The translations under genes and the position numbers were made by a program. This document shows, one piece after another, positions 9,928 to 18,076 of a stretch of 64,000 nucleotides of DNA; the first letter of the stretch is position 1; the number at the start of each line of letters is the position of its first letter. The DNA is taken from contig CAZKVV010000003.1 of assembly GCA_964556485.1 (NCBI GenBank), forward strand, positions 56,610-120,609. Reading direction: 5' to 3'. The notes below the pieces were generated by a model that made no database searches, was not told the origin of the DNA, and worked only from the letters and a program-made list of their open reading frames with translations. Origin of the DNA: an uncultured Pseudomonadales bacterium (GTDB taxonomy: Bacteria; Patescibacteriota; Microgenomatia; UBA1400; PJMF01).

Positions 9928-9935
9928 AGGCATTT

Positions 9936-10274
9936 ATGAAAATTGCTCAAGTTGAACTTAATATCGCAGACGAAGCAATTAGCAGAGGCGCGCCTGGCAC
10001 CGCAAATCTCGATCCTACCGATGGTACTGTTGGCTTTGGAAGTTTAGTAAGCAGTATCTTATCGTTTGTTATTCTCATCGCAGCTATTCTAGTTCTCTTC
10101 TACTTAATTTGGGGTGGAGTCGAATGGATTACCTCTGGAGGAGATAAGGGTAAGCTCGAAAAAGCAAGACAACGCATCACCAGCGCAATTCTCGGCATTG
10201 TGGTACTGTCAGGCGTACTTGCAATCTTTAGCGTGGTGCAACAATTCTTGGGCATTGAAGTGTTCAGCTTCTAA
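9936..10274 (+). CDS. VirB2/TrbC-like pilin family protein (paralog F)
   Basis: TM1, WITSGGDKGKLEKARQR loop, TM2. Confidence 0.5.
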   Translation: MKIAQVELNIADEAISRGAPGTANLDPTDGTVGFGSLVSSILSFVILIAAILVLFYLIWGGVEWITSGGDKGKLEKARQRITSAILGIVVLSGVLAIFSVVQQFLGIEVFSF

Positions 10275-10334
10275 CCAAAATTATTGAAATCGTAAAAATG
10301 CCGATGTGTAGTAGAATATATACAAGATAGACAC

Positions 10335-10363
10335 TTGACTCAAGGTCAAAGAAAACTAATAAT
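10335..10363 (+). promoter_or_regulatory. sigma-70-like promoter for pilin paralog G
   Basis: TTGACT at 10335-10340, 16-17 nt spacer, TAATAAT at 10357-10363. Followed by AAGGAG (10383-10388) and ATG at 10392. Confidence 0.45.
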
Positions 10364-10391
10364 AGTAAAAGTGAAAAAAAATAAGGAGACT

Positions 10392-10793
10392 ATGACAAAA
10401 TCACTTAAAAAATATGTAGCCTCTGGCTTAACTACAGGAGCAGCACTGCTCACTGCAGTTTCTCCAGTGTTTGCTCAAATTAATGCCGCAGAAATCGACC
10501 CTGGTAACGGTTTCGCAACAGACATCGGTACGCTCATTAATGCAGTACTATCATTCGTGATGGTTATCGCAGCTTTGCTCGTATTTATGTACCTCATTTG
10601 GGGTGGTATTGAATGGATTACTGCTGGTGGTGACAAAGGTAAAACTGAGTCTGCTCGTAACAAAATTACTGGCGCTATTCTCGGTCTTATCGTTCTCGCT
10701 GCTTCATATGCAATTCTTCTCATTGCTCTTAACTTCATCGGTTTCGCAAACCTTGGTGAAGCATTCAGCAACGTGAAGAGTATCAACGACTAA
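10392..10793 (+). CDS. VirB2/TrbC-like pilin family protein (paralog G, candidate major subunit)
   Basis: Start moved to the ATG at 10392 after a perfect AAGGAG RBS. The ORF-track start at 10335 is a TTG that coincides with the -35 hexamer. Signal peptide (VFA-QI), TM1, WITAGGDKGKTESARNK loop, TM2. Own promoter and terminator. Confidence 0.6.
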   Translation: MTKSLKKYVASGLTTGAALLTAVSPVFAQINAAEIDPGNGFATDIGTLINAVLSFVMVIAALLVFMYLIWGGIEWITAGGDKGKTESARNKITGAILGLIVLAASYAILLIALNFIGFANLGEAFSNVKSIND

Positions 10794-10823
10794 ATTGATA
10801 CAGTTATCTACAACGTAACTAAG

Positions 10824-10852
10824 AAACACCCCGTTAACAGCGGGGTGTTTTG
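10824..10852 (+). terminator. rho-independent terminator after pilin paralog G
   Basis: Stem AACACCCCG (10825-10833) pairs with CGGGGTGTT (10841-10849), 7-nt loop, then a T-run. Confidence 0.6.
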
Positions 10853-10859
10853 ATGTATT

Positions 10860-11444
10860 TTGATATATAATACCCATATGAGAACATTTCTGCATTCAAC
10901 CCTATTAGCAACACTTTTAGTATTTGCAGTAGTTTTATTAGCAGGCAGCATGTCAACCACTCAGATTTTCGCAGATACAGGTACAAATAACACTGCTCTT
11001 ATAAAAAATGGTGATGTTCTCTATCTTGGCAAGACGCTCACTGCTAAAAACTCTGCAACTCGCTCAGCAAGCACTACAAAATCTGCAACCAGTTCAGCGG
11101 GATTATCAATGACTCGATATACTATCTTCCCCAATGTTCAAATTGAAATTCCTCAAGGATTTGCCAAGGATATTGGCTCTATCATCAATGCGCTACTCAG
11201 CTTAGTGATGTTGTTTGGAGCTTTGTTGGTATTTCTGCAACTTATTTTAGGAGGACTGTTCTGGATAACTGCGGGCGGAGATAAAGGAAAAACTGAGGCA
11301 GCTCGCCAACGCATACTTTCTGCGCTACTTGGTCTAATCGTGCTTTCAGCCAGTTTTGCAGTTTTTTCACTTGCACTTAACTTCATAGGATTTGCTTCAA
11401 TCGAAGAAGTGTTTCAAAACACACGCACTATAACTGGTGAATAG
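10860..11444 (+). CDS. VirB2/TrbC-like pilin family protein with extended N-terminal region (paralog H)
   Basis: Signal peptide, S/T-rich spacer of about 80 aa, TM1, WITAGGDKGKTEAARQR loop, TM2. Confidence 0.55.
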   Translation: MIYNTHMRTFLHSTLLATLLVFAVVLLAGSMSTTQIFADTGTNNTALIKNGDVLYLGKTLTAKNSATRSASTTKSATSSAGLSMTRYTIFPNVQIEIPQGFAKDIGSIINALLSLVMLFGALLVFLQLILGGLFWITAGGDKGKTEAARQRILSALLGLIVLSASFAVFSLALNFIGFASIEEVFQNTRTITGE

Positions 11445-11464
11445 CTTCGTTTATAAACACCGAG

Positions 11465-11947
11465 ATGACCGTATTTAAAAACCTTGCTATACTAACTAGT
11501 ATGACAATCACCAGCCGATGGAAAAATAGTACAGCTAGCATTAAAAAAATCGCCACTTTGCTTTTTGTAGTGGCAGTTTCAACGATAGTGAGCGCTCAGC
11601 CTGTTCACGCTCAGACGAGAGAATGGGGCGGTGTTTGTTTAGGCCCAACCGAAGGATCAGCAGATGTGGCAACTATCCAAGGTCTTGAATGCTTAATCGC
11701 TAATGTGTTCATTGTTATTATCACTCTCGTTGGCCTTGCTGGCTTTGTGATGTTTTGTGCTGGCGGAATTATCTGGATGTTTTCAGGAAATGATAGCAAA
11801 AACACTGCTACAGCCAGACAAACTATGACCTATGCGGTTATTGGAATAGTGGTAACCCTCAGCGCATTTATTGTTCTTAACCTAATCTCTGCCTTCACCG
11901 GCATTAGCATCATTACTCAATTCAGAATTCCTACTTCAGAGATGTAG
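11465..11947 (+). CDS. VirB2/TrbC-like pilin family protein (paralog I)
   Basis: Signal peptide (VHA-QT), TM1, IWMFSGNDSKNTATARQ loop (compare the VirB2 WMFG segment), TM2. Confidence 0.5.
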   Translation: MTVFKNLAILTSMTITSRWKNSTASIKKIATLLFVVAVSTIVSAQPVHAQTREWGGVCLGPTEGSADVATIQGLECLIANVFIVIITLVGLAGFVMFCAGGIIWMFSGNDSKNTATARQTMTYAVIGIVVTLSAFIVLNLISAFTGISIITQFRIPTSEM

Positions 11948-11977
11948 CATCTCTTCCTGTAAGGTATAATAAATTTT

Positions 11978-14900
11978 GTGCACACACCTAAGATCCAATC
12001 TGTTGTAACTGTGGTAGCAGCATGTTTTTTTGCTTTTGCTGCGGGCGTGCAAGCTCAGTGTGCGGCTGGACAAATCGATCTCTTGGAATACATGGGACCA
12101 GAAAATGGCCAAAGCTACGATTTGCGATACTGTGGCCCGGCAGGTAGTGGATCCGAACCAATCCAAGTAAATCGAGATACAATTCTTACTGTTGAAGGCC
12201 CAAAGCCCGGCTTCTACCTCAATAAAGGCGGAAATTATGAAGCTTACTTTTATGACAATCAAAACATCTATTTATATGAAGATACTTCTTGGGATGAAAC
12301 ATGTCCAAATGGAGAAGAAGCGTTCTACCGTGTTTTTCGGCCTGGTGGAGCAGCGGGTGGACCTATTCAACGATGTGTGAATATTGGAACAGCCATGTCT
12401 TCTCAACAGTATGTCGTTGGCTACAGTGAAGCTGGATACAACCGAGGAGATGCTGGCACTGTATGTAATAACGGTTACCAACCCACAACCGTTTCCCAAA
12501 TCGTTCAATCGGGTGCAAATAATCCTTACTCACCCACCATTCCAGGTAGTCTTCCAGAGGATACCATCGTGCTCACAAATGCGAGTGGCGCTGGTGCGGG
12601 CGAATCAAAATATTATACCAAAGGGTATGGCCTCACTGCGTTTAGAGCAGTTGATGCCAGTGGTAATGTTTTTTTCTGGAGTTCTTTCTATAAGGATGGC
12701 GTGAGTACTAGCGAGCCCAATTTACAATGCAGCGACAGTGACGTAGAAACTATGACTGGGTATGACACATCAGGCTTTCCAGAATACACCGCAACGGAGG
12801 ATACATACTATCTGCATCCAATTTCTGGTATGTTATCCCCAGGTAGAAGTGTGGAAAAAATCAGAAAAGACCTGGCGCTTTCTGGATATGAAGCATATTG
12901 CGCAGCTGATAATGTCAAAATAAAACCTGAAATTAACACAGCAGAACTCGTTAGGCGCTACTTAGAACTGAATCCCGGTGGCATCAATTTATTGGGTGAA
13001 TCAGTAGAAACTCTTGATGTTTCCACAGCTCAATTCCCCATCTGGAGAGAGTTGGATGCTAAAAAATTTTTGACAACCTCAATAGAGGAGTACTTCAGTT
13101 TTAAAGATGTATATACCCAAATTCCTTCTACAGCAGAACTCAATTCTGCACCCATCAACTCACTATTGAGCGTTGAACAACGTTGCGTCCAAAGTGCAAA
13201 AGTACTTCTTGCTACAGAACTTATGTGCGAAAAACTACTCAATCCTGGTGAATGCGCACCACTCGCCCAACCTGTTCCAGGCACCAACTACAGCGTTGAT
13301 AGCTTGAGGGCAGACCTACACGACTTCATTCCAAAATATAGAGATGGTGGTATTGGGGAAGGATGCAGAGAACTTTACGAAGACCAAGACACCGCGCTTG
13401 AGTTTAAAAAAGGTTTGCAAAACATGCCCCTTGAAATTAATACAGCATATCGCTTTGCATTTTTAGTTGCTGCAATAGAAATGAAACCCCCTGGCAATAG
13501 TAGTGTTGCCACCAGCATCTTTAATTTTTTTACCGGCAGAACTGAAGATCAGCAACCAAAACATGAGGTGCTCGTAACTGCTTTTAAAGTACCAGACATT
13601 GCCACCAACAAGGGTGGAGGTGATGATTCCGGAAGTCAGTATTGGAATGACCCTTCATATCTTACCCGTAATGTACTTATTCCCAGAAAAAGAGTGGCGG
13701 AAATTGAAGATGTGGAACGTCCTGCCCGAAGGCAACAAATTTTAGATGCAGCAGTAAGTGCGGCAGTGCAAAACGATGGAAGTAAAATTTATTGCTATGA
13801 CGGCACATTTCCAGGTGGGATTGGTGTTGAAGCTTGTGAAAATGAAGTTGGCAAAGCAGTGGTAGATCTTATTAATGGTAGTGCTCAGGGATGTAGCGAA
13901 AGAATTGAGCCAGTGATGCAACTGTTTAGTGCAGCTGGTTTTGGAGATGTACTCGATCCATATGGACGTTTTTACATTAATGAATGGGGTCAACAAATCT
14001 TGCTAAACATGTTTGGCGCCGGCTCCTACCCAGACAGAACACATGTTGTAGACAATAATTACATGGATCCGCAAAAGGCAAAAATTGATACTCCGTGGTA
14101 CGAAAAAATTAAATCACGCTGGACCATTAATTCTAATACTTGGCCCGCAGCTACTAATGAAACCAAGGTTTCATTTTACCTCGTCTACCCTTTTGGCTAC
14201 GAGATTGACCAAATTGAAAACGTACTCAAAAATACCTTTTTCACCAAAGATCAATTAGCAACACTCGAAACTGATCCAGCAATTAAGGATCGCTTCCCAC
14301 TGAAGGGAGATCGCAGTGGACTCTCTGGAGGTGGGGTATCTTGGGATTTTGTCGATCCAGAAGAAACTTGTGATAATGGCACTGCAACCCCGGGACCCTG
14401 TACAAAAAGCGTTGATATTACACTGTCGCAAGAAAGTGCTGAGTATGGTGTGTATGGAGCTCGACTTGGATATTGGCTGCGTCAGATTCAAAAATCACTC
14501 AACAGCAGTGTGAGTAGTACACAAAATTATCTATCAAATTGTCAAAGCTTGGAGCAATTTTTCACTGGGCGCTGTGGCAAAGGTTCATCTGGCTCAGGAA
14601 CCGGGACTGGTCCGGGCACAGGCACCGGCACGGGAAACAATCTTGTCGCAGTAGCACAATGTCTCCCCAACAGCCCTCGCATCACGTCTGGAGAAACTGC
14701 TACTCATATTTATACGGATGCCACCAACACCTGCACCACCTTCGTTTCGAACATACATAACATACCAGAGTGGAAAAATCCCAATGATCCAGCTAAAGAC
14801 TGTGCCAATTTATACTCGTATGTTGCCTGCACCTACCCCAATACCTTAATACAGAATGGCGTGAGTAGCAGTGGCCAATTTAACACAACTAGTAGCACCA

Positions 14901-15205
14901 CTGCTTGCGAATACGTCGTTGCGCAAGCACGAGCTGCAGGAATAAGTCCTCGGTTTGCACTTGCCATGTGGGGTGAAGAGTCGGGATTTAGTAGCTATCG
15001 AGTTCCAGATTTTGGCGTCATTTCTCAACCAGCACAAGACATGGGCGCTCAAGTTGGGAGCTTTGTCAGAACGGCAAATAGTTATTCAACACTCATCAAT
15101 TTCTTAGAAGCATATTCTGGTGAAGTTCGAGGTAGTAATGTCTTTTGCAACAATCCCGCATTTGTAGGTCGTCTCAAAACCTTCTACGACTTCCTCGGGC
15201 CATGA
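11978..15205 (+). CDS. large secreted protein (1075 aa) with C-terminal lysozyme-like (SLT/glucosaminidase-type) motif, candidate T4SS cell-wall hydrolase
   Basis: GTG start. Signal peptide (AFAAGVQA-QC). Gly/Thr-rich linker (GSGTGTGPGTGTGTG). C-terminal ALAMWGEESGFSSY resembles the catalytic E-S motif of lytic transglycosylases/glucosaminidases. Confidence 0.55.
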   Translation: MHTPKIQSVVTVVAACFFAFAAGVQAQCAAGQIDLLEYMGPENGQSYDLRYCGPAGSGSEPIQVNRDTILTVEGPKPGFYLNKGGNYEAYFYDNQNIYLYEDTSWDETCPNGEEAFYRVFRPGGAAGGPIQRCVNIGTAMSSQQYVVGYSEAGYNRGDAGTVCNNGYQPTTVSQIVQSGANNPYSPTIPGSLPEDTIVLTNASGAGAGESKYYTKGYGLTAFRAVDASGNVFFWSSFYKDGVSTSEPNLQCSDSDVETMTGYDTSGFPEYTATEDTYYLHPISGMLSPGRSVEKIRKDLALSGYEAYCAADNVKIKPEINTAELVRRYLELNPGGINLLGESVETLDVSTAQFPIWRELDAKKFLTTSIEEYFSFKDVYTQIPSTAELNSAPINSLLSVEQRCVQSAKVLLATELMCEKLLNPGECAPLAQPVPGTNYSVDSLRADLHDFIPKYRDGGIGEGCRELYEDQDTALEFKKGLQNMPLEINTAYRFAFLVAAIEMKPPGNSSVATSIFNFFTGRTEDQQPKHEVLVTAFKVPDIATNKGGGDDSGSQYWNDPSYLTRNVLIPRKRVAEIEDVERPARRQQILDAAVSAAVQNDGSKIYCYDGTFPGGIGVEACENEVGKAVVDLINGSAQGCSERIEPVMQLFSAAGFGDVLDPYGRFYINEWGQQILLNMFGAGSYPDRTHVVDNNYMDPQKAKIDTPWYEKIKSRWTINSNTWPAATNETKVSFYLVYPFGYEIDQIENVLKNTFFTKDQLATLETDPAIKDRFPLKGDRSGLSGGGVSWDFVDPEETCDNGTATPGPCTKSVDITLSQESAEYGVYGARLGYWLRQIQKSLNSSVSSTQNYLSNCQSLEQFFTGRCGKGSSGSGTGTGPGTGTGTGNNLVAVAQCLPNSPRITSGETATHIYTDATNTCTTFVSNIHNIPEWKNPNDPAKDCANLYSYVACTYPNTLIQNGVSSSGQFNTTSSTTACEYVVAQARAAGISPRFALAMWGEESGFSSYRVPDFGVISQPAQDMGAQVGSFVRTANSYSTLINFLEAYSGEVRGSNVFCNNPAFVGRLKTFYDFLGP

Positions 15206-15218
15206 TAAAACGTCTGTT

Positions 15219-16205
15219 TTAACTATTTCTCGATTGGTTTTTTGAAGGAGTGTACTTTAAACTTCCCACTCGCTGTTGTTGGTGCGGTTGCCCTAACTCA
15301 GAATGCTGCTGGGACTGCCGAACCTGAGGACGCTTAGTTGTAACCTGCAATCTTTGCAACGGTTTTTTCTTTTGTTTTGCAAGTGGCTCTCCCTCATCAG
15401 TCGACTCTGTCTCGGCATCAAACTCAGGTTCGACCTCTATAATACCGGGTTGTTCTACAGTTGGCACTGGTTGGATTACTTGCGGTTGTGATGCTCTGGT
15501 TCTACGAGCACCTAAGCGTAAGAGTCTTGCAACTACTTCAAAAGTTGTAGCAGTAGCCCTGAGCGACTGGAGATTTTCTGTTTCCTGCTCAATTCCTGCC
15601 AAAAGCTCCGTAGCAGTATTAGGAGTAATATCCATATTTAAAGACTGGAGTAAATCTGCGGCGAACTCACTTAAAGAAGATGTTCCTACTGAACTAAGGG
15701 ATAAATGACCAATGCTTGTTGGCGAAGTTGTCAACGTTACTGTTGCTGTGTTTTTAAAGACATCTTCATATCCATAATACAACTGCTCAAGCATATCGAG
15801 CGATGTGATGCCAACCAAAATAATTAAATCGGTTTCAAAACCAGTGTATGAATATTCAACAGTACGAGCATCTAGAGGCTGCGCACCTTTTTTTGGTTTG
15901 ATTGTGAGAAAAAATTTTGTTGAATCTTCGGAAATATGATAACTGACTTTATCTACGGCCTGTTCGTTATATTCAAAACTCACACATAAATTTTGGTTTC
16001 CGAGCTCAGTAACAACCTGATCTAATCCTGGTATTTTTCTTGATGAAGCCATGATAACTTCTTTACCGGAAATTCTGAGCGCATCTGTAAGTGCTCCAAC
16101 GCATGCCAACTCATCCTGAGATGCACCTGCTTTGAAGAAAACCACCACACTTTGTGAAGACTGAATGTAGCCAGAAAGCGTGTTCAACTGTGTCTGTTCG
16201 ATCAT
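15219..16205 (-). CDS. DHH/DHHA1-like phosphoesterase-fold protein with apparently degenerate catalytic motifs and a basic/Q-rich tail
   Basis: 328 aa with NrnA-like layout (VVVFFKAGASQDELACVGALTD ... NTATELLAGIEQETENLQ) but no DHH histidine triad visible. Confidence 0.35.
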   Translation of the reverse strand: MIEQTQLNTLSGYIQSSQSVVVFFKAGASQDELACVGALTDALRISGKEVIMASSRKIPGLDQVVTELGNQNLCVSFEYNEQAVDKVSYHISEDSTKFFLTIKPKKGAQPLDARTVEYSYTGFETDLIILVGITSLDMLEQLYYGYEDVFKNTATVTLTTSPTSIGHLSLSSVGTSSLSEFAADLLQSLNMDITPNTATELLAGIEQETENLQSLRATATTFEVVARLLRLGARRTRASQPQVIQPVPTVEQPGIIEVEPEFDAETESTDEGEPLAKQKKKPLQRLQVTTKRPQVRQSQQHSELGQPHQQQRVGSLKYTPSKNQSRNS

Positions 16206-16300
16206 AACTAGATCATAGTATATATCAAATAAGCAATTTTTTCTGGCTCAAATCTAAATCCCCTTACTTCCCCTCCTCGTTTTTTGGTATAATTGCCTAT

Positions 16301-17956
16301 ATGGCCAAAAAAGCCGGATTATTACTAGTACTATTTTTTTCATTTCTTTTTGTAAGAGTGGGCGAAGTTAGCGCTCAGGGCGAAGGCTTTGGTGCGCGGT
16401 ATGAGACAAGTCTACGTGACAGCTACAATCAAGCTATTCAAGATTGTGGAGCTCCCTCATTAGAGTGTTTAGTTCATCATGTGTTTAAATACATTCAAAT
16501 TGAGATTGCCAACACACCTTCGCAATCTCCTCCAATACCGATTAGTGGCGCACCACTCACGGAGGAACAAAGACTAGCTCGAGTTGGAGGTGGTGGCGCA
16601 TCATATGGTTTTATGTACTTGATTGGTCAAATGTATCAGAATCCTGCCGCAAGTACTCACACCTATGTTGCAGATCTTTTGGAAAGCGCCAATATTGCCA
16701 CACCCGCTTATGCGCAAGGTTTAGGTTTTGCCTCTCTTGATCCAATTTTAGAGCTATGGAAAGTGTTTAGAAATATAGCATACATGTTCTTTGTGGTGAT
16801 ATTTATTGTTATTGGATTCATGATTATGTTTAGACAAAAAGTTGGTGGTCAGGCTGCAGTCACTGCTCAACAAGCCATTCCCAGCATTATTGTCAGTCTG
16901 ATTTTTGTAACCTTCTCATATGCAATAGCCGGCTTTATGATCGACATGATGTATATTACCATGTACTTAATGGTTGGTATTTTCGATGCTAGCGGCTCTA
17001 ACATTGGCCAAATTATTGACTACGACATTCTCTCACTCATGGGACAACTCTACAAACCAACTGCGGGAAATTTTGCTGGAAATATTGATATTGTCACCAA
17101 TTTACTTGCTGGTATGGTTGAGACTGAAGCAATTGCTGGAGCTCTTGGCGTAGTTGGCGGTCTTACACTTTCACTCGTACTTGCTGTTGCGGTATTGATA
17201 GGTACTTTTAAACTCTTCTTTGAACTACTTCGCTCTTACTCTTCTGTCATTATTGAAGTTGTTGTTGCACCACTCAAATTAATGTTGGGCGCAATTCCTG
17301 GTAATAATGCCTTTAAGCCCTGGATAAAAAATATTTTTGGCAATCTTATAGCTTTCCCTACTGTTTTATTTATAGTTATCCTGTTTTACCAATTCACCGA
17401 TTTGGGAGATAGAACAGATGGTGGGTTTATGCCGCCCTTTCTACTTGGCCGTGGACAATCAGGCGCCATCGCCACACTCATGGGCTTAGCATTAATCCTC
17501 GCTCTCCCAGAAATTGTCAAAGATGTAAAGAAGAAAGCGGGTGCAAGCGAAGGATTTGGAACAATGATTCAACAAGCAGCAAGCGCCAGACTGAGCAAGG
17601 GTGCAAAAGTAGCTGGCGACTATTCTCTACCATACACTGGAGCAGCTATGTCGGGAGCAAAGGGTCTGGGGCAAGCTTATAGTGCTCACAAACAAGATAG
17701 TGATGCAACACTCGGATCATTCCTCAGAGATGGCATGTGGAATGGAGTTGGTCCAAAAGGAAATAAATTTGGAGGAATTGGCCCTGGTCTCTCAACAGGT
17801 TTCAAAAAAGGAAGAAATGCTCGAGTTTTCTTGGATAGATTAAGAAGCGGACAAGCTTTCGACCCACACAATACTGAAGACTTGCTAAGAAGAATCGCCG
17901 AGGGTAAAGATAAGGACGGCAAAACAATCAAAGAAGAAGTTAGGGGTTCTAAATAA
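16301..17956 (+). CDS. polytopic membrane protein, VirB6/TrbL-like candidate
   Basis: 551 aa. Signal peptide, extracytoplasmic N-domain of about 150 aa, then at least five TM helices and a charged C-terminal tail. Lies within the T4SS locus. Confidence 0.45.
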   Translation: MAKKAGLLLVLFFSFLFVRVGEVSAQGEGFGARYETSLRDSYNQAIQDCGAPSLECLVHHVFKYIQIEIANTPSQSPPIPISGAPLTEEQRLARVGGGGASYGFMYLIGQMYQNPAASTHTYVADLLESANIATPAYAQGLGFASLDPILELWKVFRNIAYMFFVVIFIVIGFMIMFRQKVGGQAAVTAQQAIPSIIVSLIFVTFSYAIAGFMIDMMYITMYLMVGIFDASGSNIGQIIDYDILSLMGQLYKPTAGNFAGNIDIVTNLLAGMVETEAIAGALGVVGGLTLSLVLAVAVLIGTFKLFFELLRSYSSVIIEVVVAPLKLMLGAIPGNNAFKPWIKNIFGNLIAFPTVLFIVILFYQFTDLGDRTDGGFMPPFLLGRGQSGAIATLMGLALILALPEIVKDVKKKAGASEGFGTMIQQAASARLSKGAKVAGDYSLPYTGAAMSGAKGLGQAYSAHKQDSDATLGSFLRDGMWNGVGPKGNKFGGIGPGLSTGFKKGRNARVFLDRLRSGQAFDPHNTEDLLRRIAEGKDKDGKTIKEEVRGSK

Positions 17957-18076
17957 ACCCCTTGGTTGTTTTCAATCCTCATTCTTATTGAAAACCCACT
18001 CGCGTTATCTCATAAGCGAAGTTCGCTCTTCAATACATTTTAAATGCAAATATCAAACTCGCTTACCACTATTAAG

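Noticed and set aside
14590-14640. GT-rich quasi-repeat (ggaaccgggactggtccgggcacaggcaccggcacggga)
   Set aside because: It encodes a Gly-Thr linker inside the 1075-aa CDS. It is not a CRISPR or microsatellite locus, and the repeats are imperfect.
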